Sequence record: NC_041919.1
DNA from: Escherichia phage HP3
Length of the DNA: 64,000 bases
Strand: one strand, 5' to 3'
A model generated the notes under the pieces. It searched no databases. It was not told the DNA's origin and saw only the letters and a program-made list of their open reading frames with translations. A program made the translations under genes and the position numbers. This document shows positions 10,358 to 20,331 of this stretch, piece after piece; positions within the stretch are counted from its first letter, which is position 1; every line of letters begins with the position of its first letter.

Positions 10358-10887
10358 TCAAATAATCCAATAATATTACCAATTCCAGTTATTGGACCAT
10401 TAGGGCCAGGAATTGCTAAAGTTGTAAAAATATCATTTGCCCATTTTAAAACGAATGCTGGCATCTCAAGAAAATTAATTTCTTTAACTTCATCATTGAC
10501 CTTAAGCAAGCATTTGGATAACATATCGCTCACAGTTAAAAATTGTTCAAATTTTCCAGGCGGTCTAAAATAAAATGTATTTCCTTGGTATTGAAATTCT
10601 AATCTTTGGCATACATAAACATCATTAATGTCATAAGTATAGCCATCTATTTCTTTACGAGATTTAATCTTTCCATTAAATTCCAATAAATGAATAGAAA
10701 CGAAATCAACTTCTGCCGGTGACAAATTCGGACAAATAGAATCAATAAGAAGTTTTAAATTTTCATCAGGGCCTTTAACATCTTTTAAAATGTTATAATG
10801 TTTAAGACCCATTTTAGGAATAGAAACTTCTTTATTGCTTATTGGAAGAACTACTTTCTTCAGTGGTAGTATCAGATTTAAATTCAT
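10354..10887 (-). CDS. 28: baseplate hub distal subunit (gp28)
   Basis: 177 aa, same as T4 gp28; ATGA overlap with gene 29. Confidence 0.8.
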   Translation of the reverse strand: MNLNLILPLKKVVLPISNKEVSIPKMGLKHYNILKDVKGPDENLKLLIDSICPNLSPAEVDFVSIHLLEFNGKIKSRKEIDGYTYDINDVYVCQRLEFQYQGNTFYFRPPGKFEQFLTVSDMLSKCLLKVNDEVKEINFLEMPAFVLKWANDIFTTLAIPGPNGPITGIGNIIGLFE

Positions 10888-12007
10888 TTTTAACCTTAAC
10901 TGGGTCTATTGTTTCCAGTTTCGTTGCATTAGTGAACATATATAGATGAGTTACTGAATTATTATTTGATAATTCATGGATAACTTCATCAACGTAAAAT
11001 TCTGTTTTAAATTGGTTTTTACTATCATTAAAAATAATTTTAACACCAGGAGTCAAGTTAAAATTACCGACAGTAGAACATTTAGCATAGCCATCATATT
11101 GCGCCATAGTTTGAAGACGAATAGCTTCTTCATAGCCATTCCTATAAGTCATTTCAGAATAAGCACCTGACCTTGACACTACAATAGAGTTTTCACCCTT
11201 TCCTGTAGTAATCATTGGTAGTGAAGAATCTAAAAACGAATGAGCATAGATAGTAGCATTTTTCATTGGATCACGTTTATGCGGGTTTGATTTAGTCAAC
11301 CAAACAAAATCATATGCCAATGGATATTTTAATTCTTGGATGAATTGACCTATTAAAGATGGCTCACCTACAATCATTGGATATGGTTCTTGATTTATCA
11401 TCATATCATAGTCCATCATGTTAACTCCCATGATGTCTTGCCACACAAATACAAATTTGTCACTTCCTACAGCTAGAGCAACTTCTCTTACATAGGACAA
11501 ATAATTTTCAAATGTACTAGTCCATGGAATATCAGGAACATAAGCATTTATAGCATTTATTGCTGGAGTTAATAATGTGCGGTCTTGATAAATGACACCA
11601 AGCATTTCTTTTATAGATTCACCTGCATCAGGGAAAAATGGTCTACCAAATTTAAGATTTTCTATAGAATGAATAGTTCCCAATTCAATAGCAATGATGT
11701 TATCGCCTTTTGAATCTACTGACACGGAAAAATGCTTGCATCCATAAATTCGTGTTTTAACATTATTAATATCGTTTGCATTAGCTACAGAAATTTGAAT
11801 TATTTCATTTCCATCCATTTTTGTGTGGATATTTTTAGAATCATAAAACTGCAGCATTCCTTCATTTCGACCATAAAGAGAGTCACGCATAGTTAATGTG
11901 GTAATAGTAGCAGCTAATTCAACAAATCTATTATTACTCCAAGCGTCATAACTCTCAAATAATTTAACGCTGAGATTTGGATATCCAGGACGTTGTAACA
12001 TACTCAT
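10832..12007 (-). CDS. 27: baseplate hub subunit (gp27)
   Basis: 391 aa, same as T4 gp27; synteny. Confidence 0.85.
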   Translation of the reverse strand: MSMLQRPGYPNLSVKLFESYDAWSNNRFVELAATITTLTMRDSLYGRNEGMLQFYDSKNIHTKMDGNEIIQISVANANDINNVKTRIYGCKHFSVSVDSKGDNIIAIELGTIHSIENLKFGRPFFPDAGESIKEMLGVIYQDRTLLTPAINAINAYVPDIPWTSTFENYLSYVREVALAVGSDKFVFVWQDIMGVNMMDYDMMINQEPYPMIVGEPSLIGQFIQELKYPLAYDFVWLTKSNPHKRDPMKNATIYAHSFLDSSLPMITTGKGENSIVVSRSGAYSEMTYRNGYEEAIRLQTMAQYDGYAKCSTVGNFNLTPGVKIIFNDSKNQFKTEFYVDEVIHELSNNNSVTHLYMFTNATKLETIDPVKVKNEFKSDTTTEESSSSNKQ

Positions 12008-12756
12008 TGATGTTTATCCTTCTCAATCAGTTTTAATACGAATCCGCGCTCGGCAGGAATCATTTTCATTATTGAATTTAAGCTATAATTACTTTTTACA
12101 AGCGTGTGATTAATTTGATAAAAAGTAAATATCTCATCTGGATTAACTAATAGCTTAAACACATCTACTATATCAGTGTATTTTTTAATGTACTTATCAC
12201 AACACGACATGTGCAATGTTAAATTAATAGGATTCATTGCATCGAGAATTTTTTCTAATGTTTCTATCTCGATGGCGTCAACAAGTTCTATTTGACTCGA
12301 TTCACTAATTTCCTTCCAATCATACCACATTTCATCTACTTGAACAGAATGAATATTTTCAGTAATCATCTTTGCTTTATTTTCATAAAACTCAGAAGGA
12401 AAATTTAATTTAATTTTAACATTAGCTACATCAAAAATAGGTTCCTTTAATTCTTTTTGATATATTTCAAATGGAACTGTCTTTTCTTTTTTACATTTTG
12501 GACATACAAATGTGACTGGTACTTTAGTTTTACCTATTGAACCTACAAATACCTGCAAAAATATAAATGGTTGCCAAGTCTTCGGATAGTCTCCAAAATA
12601 ATCATCAATTAAATCAGTAATTATTTCTTTTTGTTCTTGTGGTGACCGATGTTCTATATCGTTTCGAACTAACAAAAAATCTCGATAATCTTCTACCGTA
12701 AATGGTTTAAAACGATGAACACCATCTGGTAATTTACAACGAATAATGTTTGCCAT
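12004..12756 (-). CDS. 51: baseplate hub assembly catalyst (gp51)
   Basis: 250 aa (T4 gp51 about 249); overlaps gene 27 start by 4 nt. Confidence 0.8.
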   Translation of the reverse strand: MANIIRCKLPDGVHRFKPFTVEDYRDFLLVRNDIEHRSPQEQKEIITDLIDDYFGDYPKTWQPFIFLQVFVGSIGKTKVPVTFVCPKCKKEKTVPFEIYQKELKEPIFDVANVKIKLNFPSEFYENKAKMITENIHSVQVDEMWYDWKEISESSQIELVDAIEIETLEKILDAMNPINLTLHMSCCDKYIKKYTDIVDVFKLLVNPDEIFTFYQINHTLVKSNYSLNSIMKMIPAERGFVLKLIEKDKHQ

Positions 12757-12773
12757 AGATGCTCCTTTTATTC

Positions 12774-12785
12774 TATTTATAAATA
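12774..12785. promoter_or_regulatory. overlapping divergent late promoter boxes for gene 51 (minus) and gene 26 (plus)
   Basis: tatttataaata contains TATTTATA (reverse complement TATAAATA) and TATAAATA sharing the central bases. Confidence 0.45.
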
Positions 12786-12806
12786 TGATAAATAAAGGAG
12801 CTAAAT

Positions 12807-13433
12807 ATGTATGAATACAAATTTGATGTGAGAGTTGGTTCTAAAATAATCAACTGTCGCGCATTTACTCTTAAAGAATATCTAGAACTTATTACTGCCA
12901 AAAATAATGGTTCTGTAGAAGTAATTGTTAAAAAGCTAATCAAAGACTGCACAAATGCAAAAGATTTAAATCGCCAAGAATCAGAACTATTGTTGATTCA
13001 TTTATGGGCGCATTCTCTTGGAGAAGTTAATCACGAAAACTCCTGGAAGTGCACCTGCGGAACTGAAATACCAACCCATATAAATCTATTACATACACAA
13101 ATAGATGCACCAGAAGACCTTTGGTATACACTTGGTGACATTAAAATTAAATTCCATTACCCTAAAATTTTTGATGATAAAAATATAGCCCACATGATAG
13201 TATCATGTATAGAAACGATTCATGCTAACGGTGAAAGCATTCCAGTTGAAGACTTAAATGAAAAAGAACTGGAAGATTTATATTCTATCATCACAGAGTC
13301 AGATATTGTAGCTATAAAAGATATGCTTTTAAAGCCTACTGTTTATTTGGCTGTTCCAATTAAATGTCCAGAGTGTGGAAAAACTCACGCTCATGTAATA
13401 AGAGGACTCAAAGAGTTCTTTGAGTTACTATAA
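12807..13433 (+). CDS. 26: baseplate hub subunit (gp26)
   Basis: 208 aa, same as T4 gp26; RBS aaggag; synteny. Confidence 0.8.
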   Translation: MYEYKFDVRVGSKIINCRAFTLKEYLELITAKNNGSVEVIVKKLIKDCTNAKDLNRQESELLLIHLWAHSLGEVNHENSWKCTCGTEIPTHINLLHTQIDAPEDLWYTLGDIKIKFHYPKIFDDKNIAHMIVSCIETIHANGESIPVEDLNEKELEDLYSIITESDIVAIKDMLLKPTVYLAVPIKCPECGKTHAHVIRGLKEFFELL

Positions 13434-13831
13434 TGGCAAATATTAATAAGCTTTATTCTGACATTGACCCAGAAATGAAAATGGATTGGAACAAAGATGT
13501 TTCCAGATCGCTTGGATTAAGGTCAATTAAAAACAGTCTTTTGGGAATTATTACAACAAGAAAAGGTTCAAGACCGTTTGACCCTGAATTTGGATGTGAT
13601 TTATCAGACCAGCTTTTTGAAAATATGACTCCTCTTACTGCTGACACAGTTGAGCGCAATATCGAAAGCGCAGTAAGAAACTATGAGCCACGTATTGATA
13701 AATTAGCAGTTAATGTAATACCGGTTTATGATGATTATACTTTGATAGTAGAAATACGCTTTTCAGTCATCGATAACCCTGATGATATTGAGCAGATAAA
13801 ACTACAACTGGCTTCCAGTAATAGAGTATAA
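13433..13831 (+). CDS. 25: baseplate wedge subunit (gp25)
   Basis: 132 aa, same as T4 gp25; TAATG overlap with gene 26. Confidence 0.85.
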   Translation: MANINKLYSDIDPEMKMDWNKDVSRSLGLRSIKNSLLGIITTRKGSRPFDPEFGCDLSDQLFENMTPLTADTVERNIESAVRNYEPRIDKLAVNVIPVYDDYTLIVEIRFSVIDNPDDIEQIKLQLASSNRV

Positions 13832-13897
13832 TGCTTCACGTATAAACGTGGTATAATGAATCTAAGTCCATCCAATAACAATTGAATAGAGAACAAT

Positions 13898-14311
13898 ATG
13901 AGATTAGAAGATCTTCAAGAAGAATTGAAGAAAGATGTATTTATAGATTCGACTAAATTACAGTATGAAGCAGCTAATAATGTGATGTTATATAGTAAAT
14001 GGCTTAATAAGCATTCAAGTATTAAAAAGGAAATGCTTAGAATTGATGCACAGAAAAAAGTTGCTCTTAAAGCTAAATTAGACTACTACTCGGGACGAGG
14101 AGATGGTGATGAATTTAGTATGGATCGTTACGAGAAATCAGAAATGAAGACAGTTCTATCAGCTGATAAGGATGTTTTAAAGGTTGATACCTCGTTACAG
14201 TATTGGGGGATTTTATTAGATTTCTGTAGCGGAGCTCTTGATGCTATTAAATCACGTGGATTTGCTATTAAGCATATTCAAGACATGCGAGCATTTGAGG
14301 CTGGAAAATAA
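13898..14311 (+). CDS. uvsY: recombination mediator UvsY
   Basis: 137 aa, same as T4 UvsY; N-terminus MRLEDLQEELKKDVFIDSTKLQYEAANNVMLYSKWL matches recollection. Confidence 0.9.
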   Translation: MRLEDLQEELKKDVFIDSTKLQYEAANNVMLYSKWLNKHSSIKKEMLRIDAQKKVALKAKLDYYSGRGDGDEFSMDRYEKSEMKTVLSADKDVLKVDTSLQYWGILLDFCSGALDAIKSRGFAIKHIQDMRAFEAGK

Positions 14312-14535
14312 TGAGATATAGCATTGATGATGCTTTTAATTATGAAGAAGAATTTGAAACGGAAATTCAATTCTTAATGAAAAAGCATAATCTTAAGCGT
14401 CAGGATATTCGTATCTTGGCCGACCACCCGTGCGGTGAAGATGTTCTTTATATTAAAGGAAAATTTGCCGGATATCTTGATGAATATTTTTATTCTAAAG
14501 ATATGGGCATTGATATGCATATGAGAGTTGTATAA
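14311..14535 (+). CDS. hypothetical protein adjacent to uvsY
   Basis: 74-aa ORF; ATGA overlap with uvsY stop. Confidence 0.55.
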   Translation: MRYSIDDAFNYEEEFETEIQFLMKKHNLKRQDIRILADHPCGEDVLYIKGKFAGYLDEYFYSKDMGIDMHMRVV

Positions 14536-14538
14536 ATA
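14531..14538 (+). promoter_or_regulatory. late promoter box TATAAATA
   Basis: exact TATAAATA 26 nt upstream of the ATG at 14564. Confidence 0.45.
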
Positions 14539-14563
14539 GATATATAATTCAGAGGAGACAATC

Positions 14564-14731
14564 ATGTCAGATAAGATTTGTGTTGTCTGTAAAACTCCAA
14601 TCGATTCTGCATTGGTTGTTGAAACAGACAAAGGTCCTGTACATCCTGGGCCTTGCTATAATTACATTAAAGAACTACCAGTTTCAGAAAGTTCGGAAGA
14701 ACAATTAAATGAAACGCAACTTTTGCTATAG
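14564..14731 (+). CDS. small Cys-containing hypothetical protein (55 aa), absent from the ORF track
   Basis: ATG at 14564 preceded by aggaga RBS; translation MSDKICVVCKTPIDSALVVETDKGPVHPGPCYNY... with CxxC...PC, possibly a zinc ribbon; TAG at 14729-14731. Confidence 0.45.
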   Translation: MSDKICVVCKTPIDSALVVETDKGPVHPGPCYNYIKELPVSESSEEQLNETQLLL

Positions 14732-14754
14732 TGTGACCTTTAGTCTATAGTTTT

Positions 14755-14783
14755 GGCCCTTCCTTTTTGGTTGGGCCTTTTTT
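14755..14783. terminator. hairpin ggccc...gggcc plus T6 between convergent genes
   Basis: inverted repeat followed by tttttt; sits between the plus-strand small ORF and minus-strand uvsW.1. Confidence 0.35.
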
Positions 14784-14786
14784 AAT

Positions 14787-15017
14787 TTAAAAGCTTTCTT
14801 CTACTTCATCGTCTGAATCTTCTAATTCAGCTCTTTTTCCTGCCAAAGCATCTCTGACTGAGATGTCATCAGTATCTTTTAATTCAGTTTCTTTAACTCT
14901 TTTCTTATAATAAGCTTCAAGTTCTTCTAAACCTTCTAATGTTTGACAAGAGGCAATTTTACCCATAAATTCATCAATAGAAGCTTCATAAAGAAATTGT
15001 TTAAATTCTAGTAACAT
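14787..15017 (-). CDS. uvsW.1: UvsW.1-like small protein
   Basis: track ORF (80 aa) begins at a TTG; the first ATG gives 76 aa (MLLEFKQFLYEA...); immediately downstream of uvsW. Confidence 0.6.
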   Translation of the reverse strand: MLLEFKQFLYEASIDEFMGKIASCQTLEGLEELEAYYKKRVKETELKDTDDISVRDALAGKRAELEDSDDEVEESF

Positions 15018-15042
15018 CTTTTTCTCCAAAGGGCCGAAGCCC

Positions 15043-16554
15043 TTATAAATTAACTGTTTTCATTACGTAATTAAATTTTTCATCTGCGTAGCGCTGAATA
15101 CGATCAATGCCGTGTTTTAAAAGATAGTTCAAGTGAACATATTTCTTTTTAGTATTAGCAGATTTTGGCTTGACACCACAGTCATCTATGAGGTCCCAGA
15201 CTGTTGCGATTGTTTTAGAACCATGTTTACGTAATACGCGACCTATTGTTTGCAATACAATAATTTTAGATTTAACACCGTGTGCTAAAACAACGTGATG
15301 CAGATTTTTAACTGAAATACCAGTAGAAAATACACCATAACTAGCTACTATAATTATTCCTTTACCGTTTTCAGCTAAGGTTTTCATTATATTGCGGGTT
15401 TCGGTATCAACTTCCCCTGATACGTAATAAACTTTATCGTATTCATTTTTAATTAAATCGAAAATAGCTTTACCGTGCGATACGTGTTTAAACATGACAA
15501 AAGCGTTTTCATCTTTTTGTGCAAGCTTAATAGCTAATTTAGCGATCCATTTATTTCTTTTACTAAGCCCAGTAATAATTTTTATTTCTTCTTGGTAAGT
15601 TTTTCCCTTTAATTTAGTAGTGAACTCATCGGGATAGCGAAGAAAAATACTATTAATTTTTAACTCAGTTACTTGTCCATCTTCCATTAATTTAGAGGTC
15701 GTTACTGGCTTAAATATTTCACCGAACATTCCAACATACTGCATGATATTGGCTTTGCCATCACGTAATGAACCAGACAAACCGAATTTGAACATGCAGT
15801 TATTTAAACCTGATATGATAGATGAAATACTTTTTCCTGTAGCAAGATGACATTCATCATTCATCATCATTCCAAACTGTGAGAACCATTCTTTCGGTTG
15901 TTTTACTACAGTTTGCCATGTACCAACAACGACCGGTGCATCATTTTTATATTTATCATCTTTTGATGCTCCACCACCGATTTTCTTTATCATTGCATGA
16001 CTGAATAAACGATAGTCAACAAAGTCATCAGCCATCTGAGTTGTCAGAGCAGTTGTTGGAACAATAATAAGAATTTTGCCTTCATAATTTTCCAAATAAT
16101 ACCGAGCAAGCAAAGCTTGAATTAAAGATTTACCTGCGGATGTTGGAAGATTAAGAATTCTACGACGATTAACTAATCCTTCGAACACTGCATCTTTTTG
16201 ATACCAATGCGGTTCAATTCTTTTATTTCCTGAATAGATTTCTAATTTAGAAAGCCATTCATCAAAATCTTTTCTTGATAATTCTTCTTTTTCGTTAATC
16301 TGTGGGTCAATCCAGGCTTTATAGCCAAAGTTATCGCAGAACTTTTTAATTTGCCCGACTAAACCGAATGGAAGAAGGCGATTATAATCTAAAAGACGAA
16401 TTCGTCCATCCCAGTGGCCATATTTGTACTTCGGATTAAAACGATACCCATCAGCTTCAAAGCTAAAGAAATCACGGAGTTCATGAAATGTACTTTCTTC
16501 GCAATCAATTCTCACGTGACTAAAATCATAAAAATGTACTTTAATGTCAGTCAT
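15043..16554 (-). CDS. uvsW: RNA-DNA and DNA-DNA helicase UvsW
   Basis: 503 aa; Walker A LPTSAGKS and DECH box; N-terminus MTDIKVHFYDFSHVRIDCEE; synteny. Confidence 0.9.
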   Translation of the reverse strand: MTDIKVHFYDFSHVRIDCEESTFHELRDFFSFEADGYRFNPKYKYGHWDGRIRLLDYNRLLPFGLVGQIKKFCDNFGYKAWIDPQINEKEELSRKDFDEWLSKLEIYSGNKRIEPHWYQKDAVFEGLVNRRRILNLPTSAGKSLIQALLARYYLENYEGKILIIVPTTALTTQMADDFVDYRLFSHAMIKKIGGGASKDDKYKNDAPVVVGTWQTVVKQPKEWFSQFGMMMNDECHLATGKSISSIISGLNNCMFKFGLSGSLRDGKANIMQYVGMFGEIFKPVTTSKLMEDGQVTELKINSIFLRYPDEFTTKLKGKTYQEEIKIITGLSKRNKWIAKLAIKLAQKDENAFVMFKHVSHGKAIFDLIKNEYDKVYYVSGEVDTETRNIMKTLAENGKGIIIVASYGVFSTGISVKNLHHVVLAHGVKSKIIVLQTIGRVLRKHGSKTIATVWDLIDDCGVKPKSANTKKKYVHLNYLLKHGIDRIQRYADEKFNYVMKTVNL

Positions 16555-16583
16555 GTCTAAATACCATGTAATAAATATATCTA

Positions 16584-16591
16584 TATTTATA
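16584..16591 (-). promoter_or_regulatory. late promoter box (TATAAATA on minus strand) upstream of uvsW
   Basis: plus-strand tatttata about 30 nt upstream of the uvsW start codon. Confidence 0.4.
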
Positions 16592-16604
16592 CTGAGGAAA
16601 TATT

Positions 16605-17285
16605 ATGATAGATAAAGATTATATTGCAGAGCTGAAGGCTCTTGATGATAATAAAGAAGCTAAAGCTAAATTAGCTGAATATGCTGAACAGTTTGGTATA
16701 AAGGTCAAAAAGAATAAATCTTTTGATAATATCGTTAATGATATTGAAGAAGCTCTCCAGAAGCTCGCTAGTGAACCTATGCCAGAGACTGATGGGTTAT
16801 CTATTAAAGACTTAATTGATGCTGCTGATGCCGCAGACGGATTAAAATATGACGATGAAGAAGTCAATCCAGAGGCAGCACTTCTGATTGATTCTCCGGT
16901 TAAATCTGACATTAAAATTGAAGTAGTAGAAACGGATAAAATTCCTGAAAATACCACTGTTTTAATTGAAGATAATCCTTTTGTTGAAGAAAAATTCGAA
17001 CAGGCTGTAGCTGAGATTATTGAATCTGAAAAGCCGTCTGTATTTACTCTTCCGGAAAACTTTAGTCCGAATCTTCAGCTGATTGGAAAAAATCCAGGAT
17101 TCTGCACTGTTCCTTGGTGGATTTATCAATGGATTGCTGAAACCCCAGATTGGAAATCTCACCCAACTAGTTTTGAACATGCGTCGGCACACCAAACTTT
17201 ATTTAGCTTAATTTACTACATTAATCGTGACGGATCAGTTCTAATTCGTGAAACACGTAATTCTTCTTTCGTAACATTAAAATAA
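16605..17285 (+). CDS. inh: Inh-like protein (inhibitor of prohead protease), acidic
   Basis: 226 aa; position directly upstream of hoc as in T4; identity not verifiable by motif. Confidence 0.55.
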   Translation: MIDKDYIAELKALDDNKEAKAKLAEYAEQFGIKVKKNKSFDNIVNDIEEALQKLASEPMPETDGLSIKDLIDAADAADGLKYDDEEVNPEAALLIDSPVKSDIKIEVVETDKIPENTTVLIEDNPFVEEKFEQAVAEIIESEKPSVFTLPENFSPNLQLIGKNPGFCTVPWWIYQWIAETPDWKSHPTSFEHASAHQTLFSLIYYINRDGSVLIRETRNSSFVTLK

Positions 17286-17294
17286 GGATAACTT

Positions 17295-18713
17295 ATGGCT
17301 TTTACAGTTGATATAACTCCTAAAACACCTACTGGAGTTATAGATCAGACTCAGCAGTTTACTGCTACACCCAGTGGTCAAACTGGAGATGGACCTATTA
17401 CATATGCTTGGACTGTAGACGACGCTCCACAGGAAGAAACGTCAGCAACTTTTAGTTATGTACTAAAAGGACCTGCCGGTCAAAAGACTATTAAAGTAGT
17501 TGCAACCAATCAAGTTGCAGAATCTGAACCTGAAACAGCAGAAATTAGTACAACTATCACAGTTCAAAATAAGACACAAACAACTACTTTAGCTGTAACT
17601 CCTGGTAGCCCTGATGCTGGAGTGATTGGAACTCCAATTGAATTTACCGCTGCCTTAGCTTCACAGCCATCAGGTGCAAACGCTACGTATCAATGGCACG
17701 TTGACGGTTCTCCTGTAGACGAAGCAACTGACGCTACATTCAATTACACTCCTGACACAAGCGGAGTTAAAAAAATCAAGTGTGTAGCTCAAGTAACTGC
17801 GGCAGATTATGACGCAAAAACAGTTACTTCTAATGAAGTATCATTGACTGTTAATAAGAAGACACAGACAACTACGTTAGCCGTAACTCCTGCTAATCCT
17901 GCTGCCGGAGTAATTGGAACAGCCGTTGAATTTACTGCTGCCTTAGCTTCTCAACCTGATGGGGCATCTGCTACGTATCAGTGGTATGTTGACGGTTCTC
18001 TGGTCGATGGAGAAACTACTACTACATTTAACTATACTCCTACCACAGTTGGAGCTAAAACAGTTAAGTGTGTAGCGCAAGTAACTGCAGAAAATTACAA
18101 TGAAAAGGAAGTTACTTCTAATGAAGTATCATTAACAGTTAATAAGAAAACAATGAATCCACAGGTTACATTGACTCCTCCTTCTATTAACGTTCAGCAA
18201 GATGCTTCGGCTACATTTACGGCTAATGTTACGGGTGCTCCAGAAGAAGCACAAATTACTTACTCATGGAAGAAAGATTCTTCTCCTGTAGAAGGGTCAA
18301 CTAACGTATATACTGTCGATACCTCATCTGTTGGAAGTCAAACTATTGAAGTTACTGCTGTCGTTACTGCAACTGATTACGATAGCAAAACTATTACAGC
18401 AGAAGGTCAAGTTCAGGTAACTGATAAAGTTGCTCCAGAACCAGAAGGTGAATTGCCTTATGTTCATCCTCTTCCACATCGTACTTCAGCTTATATCTGG
18501 TGCGGTTGGTGGGTTATGGATGAAATCCAAAAAATGACCGAAGAAGGTAAAGATTGGAAAACTGAAGATCCAGACAGTAAATACTACCTGCATCGTTACA
18601 CTCTTCAGAAGATGATGAAAGACTATCCAGAAGTTGATGTTCAAGAATCACGCAATGGATACATCATTCATAAAACTGCTTTAGAAACTGGTATCATCTA
18701 TACCTATCCATAA
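17295..18713 (+). CDS. hoc: highly immunogenic outer capsid protein Hoc, with four Ig-like domains
   Basis: 472 aa (T4 Hoc about 376 aa as I recall); repeated Ig-like modules with TYxW motifs; conserved C-terminal capsid-binding region; synteny inh-hoc-rnlB. Confidence 0.8.
   Translation: MAFTVDITPKTPTGVIDQTQQFTATPSGQTGDGPITYAWTVDDAPQEETSATFSYVLKGPAGQKTIKVVATNQVAESEPETAEISTTITVQNKTQTTTLAVTPGSPDAGVIGTPIEFTAALASQPSGANATYQWHVDGSPVDEATDATFNYTPDTSGVKKIKCVAQVTAADYDAKTVTSNEVSLTVNKKTQTTTLAVTPANPAAGVIGTAVEFTAALASQPDGASATYQWYVDGSLVDGETTTTFNYTPTTVGAKTVKCVAQVTAENYNEKEVTSNEVSLTVNKKTMNPQVTLTPPSINVQQDASATFTANVTGAPEEAQITYSWKKDSSPVEGSTNVYTVDTSSVGSQTIEVTAVVTATDYDSKTITAEGQVQVTDKVAPEPEGELPYVHPLPHRTSAYIWCGWWVMDEIQKMTEEGKDWKTEDPDSKYYLHRYTLQKMMKDYPEVDVQESRNGYIIHKTALETGIIYTYP
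17568..18140 (+). repeat. tandem direct repeat of two ~285-nt units inside hoc (duplicated Ig-like domain)
   Basis: unit 1 at 17568-17852 and unit 2 at 17853-18140 encode near-identical peptides (KTQTTTLAVTP...FTAALASQP...ATYQW.VDGS...KCVAQVTA..Y..K.VTSNEVSLTVNKK). Confidence 0.8.
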
Positions 18714-18725
18714 TCATAATCATAA

Positions 18726-18745
18726 GGGGCTTCGGCCCCTTTCTT
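18726..18745 (+). terminator. hairpin ggggcttcggcccc plus T-rich tract after hoc
   Basis: perfect stem with UUCG loop followed by tttctt. Confidence 0.55.
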
Positions 18746-18808
18746 CATTTTGAAAGCACACAAAACATACTCAGAAAATGATGTATATAATGGCATCAAC
18801 TCGATAAC

Positions 18809-19006
18809 ATGAGATTGATTATGAGAACTGAGGTTGTGGTGTTTACTCTTCATGAGTCTGGAAAGTCATTCATTGAAATTGCTCGTGAATTAAACTTACA
18901 GGCGAAAGAAGTGGCTGTATTATGGGCTCGAGCTATGACTGCTAAGAATAAATTTGAAACTCGAGAAAAAGTTGTCTATAGAAAAAGACATATTAATAAA
19001 AGGTGA
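18809..19006 (+). CDS. small hypothetical protein with possible helix-turn-helix
   Basis: 65 aa; segment SFIEIARELNLQAKEVAVLWARAM resembles an HTH; basic C-terminus. Confidence 0.4.
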   Translation: MRLIMRTEVVVFTLHESGKSFIEIARELNLQAKEVAVLWARAMTAKNKFETREKVVYRKRHINKR

Positions 19007-19009
19007 AAA

Positions 19010-19288
19010 ATGGAACAGTATGATCTTTATGAAAATGAATCTTTTGCTAATCGATTACGCGAAAAAGCACTTAAAAGTAAACAGTTTAAGCTAGAGTGTT
19101 TTATTAAAGATTTTTCGGAACTTGCTAATAAAGCAGCTGAACAAGGTAAAACATATTTTAGTTATTATTGTACTGCTCGCGATAAATTGATTACTGAAGA
19201 AATTGGTGATTGGCTGAGAAAAGAAGGATTTAGCTTTAAAGTCAATAGTGATCAGCGTGATGGTGATTGGTTAGAAATTACATTTTGA
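19010..19288 (+). CDS. hypothetical protein
   Basis: 92-aa ORF between hoc and rnlB. Confidence 0.45.
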   Translation: MEQYDLYENESFANRLREKALKSKQFKLECFIKDFSELANKAAEQGKTYFSYYCTARDKLITEEIGDWLRKEGFSFKVNSDQRDGDWLEITF

Positions 19289-19297
19289 GGATTAATT

Positions 19298-20302
19298 ATG
19301 TTTAAAAAGTATAGCAGTCTTGAAAATCATTACAACTCTAAATTTATTGAAAAACTTTATAGCTTGGGATTGACTGGTGGGGAGTGGGTAGCTCGTGAAA
19401 AGATTCACGGCACAAATTTCTCATTGATTATTGAGCGTGATAAAGTAACTTGCGCTAAACGCACTGGTCCTATTCTTCCTGCTGAAGATTTCTTTGGGTA
19501 TGAAATTATTTTGAAGAATTACTCTGATTCCATTAAAGCAGTACAAGATATTATGGAAACTTCAGCGGTTGTATCTTATCAAGTTTTTGGCGAATTCGCT
19601 GGACCTGGCATTCAGAAGAATGTCGATTATGGCGATAAAGATTTTTATGTATTTGACATTATTGTTACTACAGAAAGTGGTGATGTGACTTATGTCGATG
19701 ATTATATGATGGAATCATTCTGCAATACATTTAAATTTAAAATGGCTCCACTTTTAGGTCGCGGTAAATTTGAAGAACTTATTAAATTGCCAAATGATTT
19801 AGATTCTGTCGTCCAGGATTATAATTTTACGGTAGACCATGCTGGATTAGTTGATGCAAATAAATGCGTTTGGAATGCTGAAGTAAAAGGCGAAGTATTT
19901 ACCGCTGAAGGATATGTATTGAAACCTTGTTATCCTTCTTGGATGCCTAATGGCAATCGCGTAGCTATCAAATGCAAGAACTCTAAATTTAGTGAAAAGA
20001 AAAAGTCTGATAAGCCTATTAAAGCTAAAGTTGAACTGTCAGAAGCTGATAACAAATTGGTTGGAATTTTAGCTTGTTACGTTACACTGAACCGAGTAAA
20101 TAACGTTATTTCTAAAATTGGTGAAATTGGTCCAAAAGATTTTGGAAAGGTGATGGGGCTAACTGTTCAAGATATTTTGGAAGAAACTTCTCGTGAAGGT
20201 ATTACTCTAACTCAAGCGGATAATCCTTCTTTGATTAAGAAGGAATTAGTTAAAATGGTACAAGATGTACTTCGTCCGGCTTGGATTGAATTGGTAAGTT
20301 AA
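19298..20302 (+). CDS. rnlB: RNA ligase 2 (Rnl2, gp24.1)
   Basis: 334 aa, same as T4 Rnl2; nucleotidyltransferase motif EKIHGTNFS (KxHG); synteny next to gene 24. Confidence 0.9.
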   Translation: MFKKYSSLENHYNSKFIEKLYSLGLTGGEWVAREKIHGTNFSLIIERDKVTCAKRTGPILPAEDFFGYEIILKNYSDSIKAVQDIMETSAVVSYQVFGEFAGPGIQKNVDYGDKDFYVFDIIVTTESGDVTYVDDYMMESFCNTFKFKMAPLLGRGKFEELIKLPNDLDSVVQDYNFTVDHAGLVDANKCVWNAEVKGEVFTAEGYVLKPCYPSWMPNGNRVAIKCKNSKFSEKKKSDKPIKAKVELSEADNKLVGILACYVTLNRVNNVISKIGEIGPKDFGKVMGLTVQDILEETSREGITLTQADNPSLIKKELVKMVQDVLRPAWIELVS

Positions 20303-20309
20303 ATAAAAA

Positions 20310-20325
20310 GGGACCTTTCGGTCCC
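20310..20325. terminator. bidirectional hairpin gggacctttcggtccc between convergent rnlB and gene 24
   Basis: perfect GC stem flanked by A-run and T-run. Confidence 0.55.
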
Positions 20326-20331
20326 TTTGTT

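Noticed and set aside
14374-14631. 85-aa minus-strand ORF overlapping the small plus-strand uvsY-region genes
   Set aside because: No RBS, antisense to ORFs that have promoters and RBSs; likely a shadow ORF
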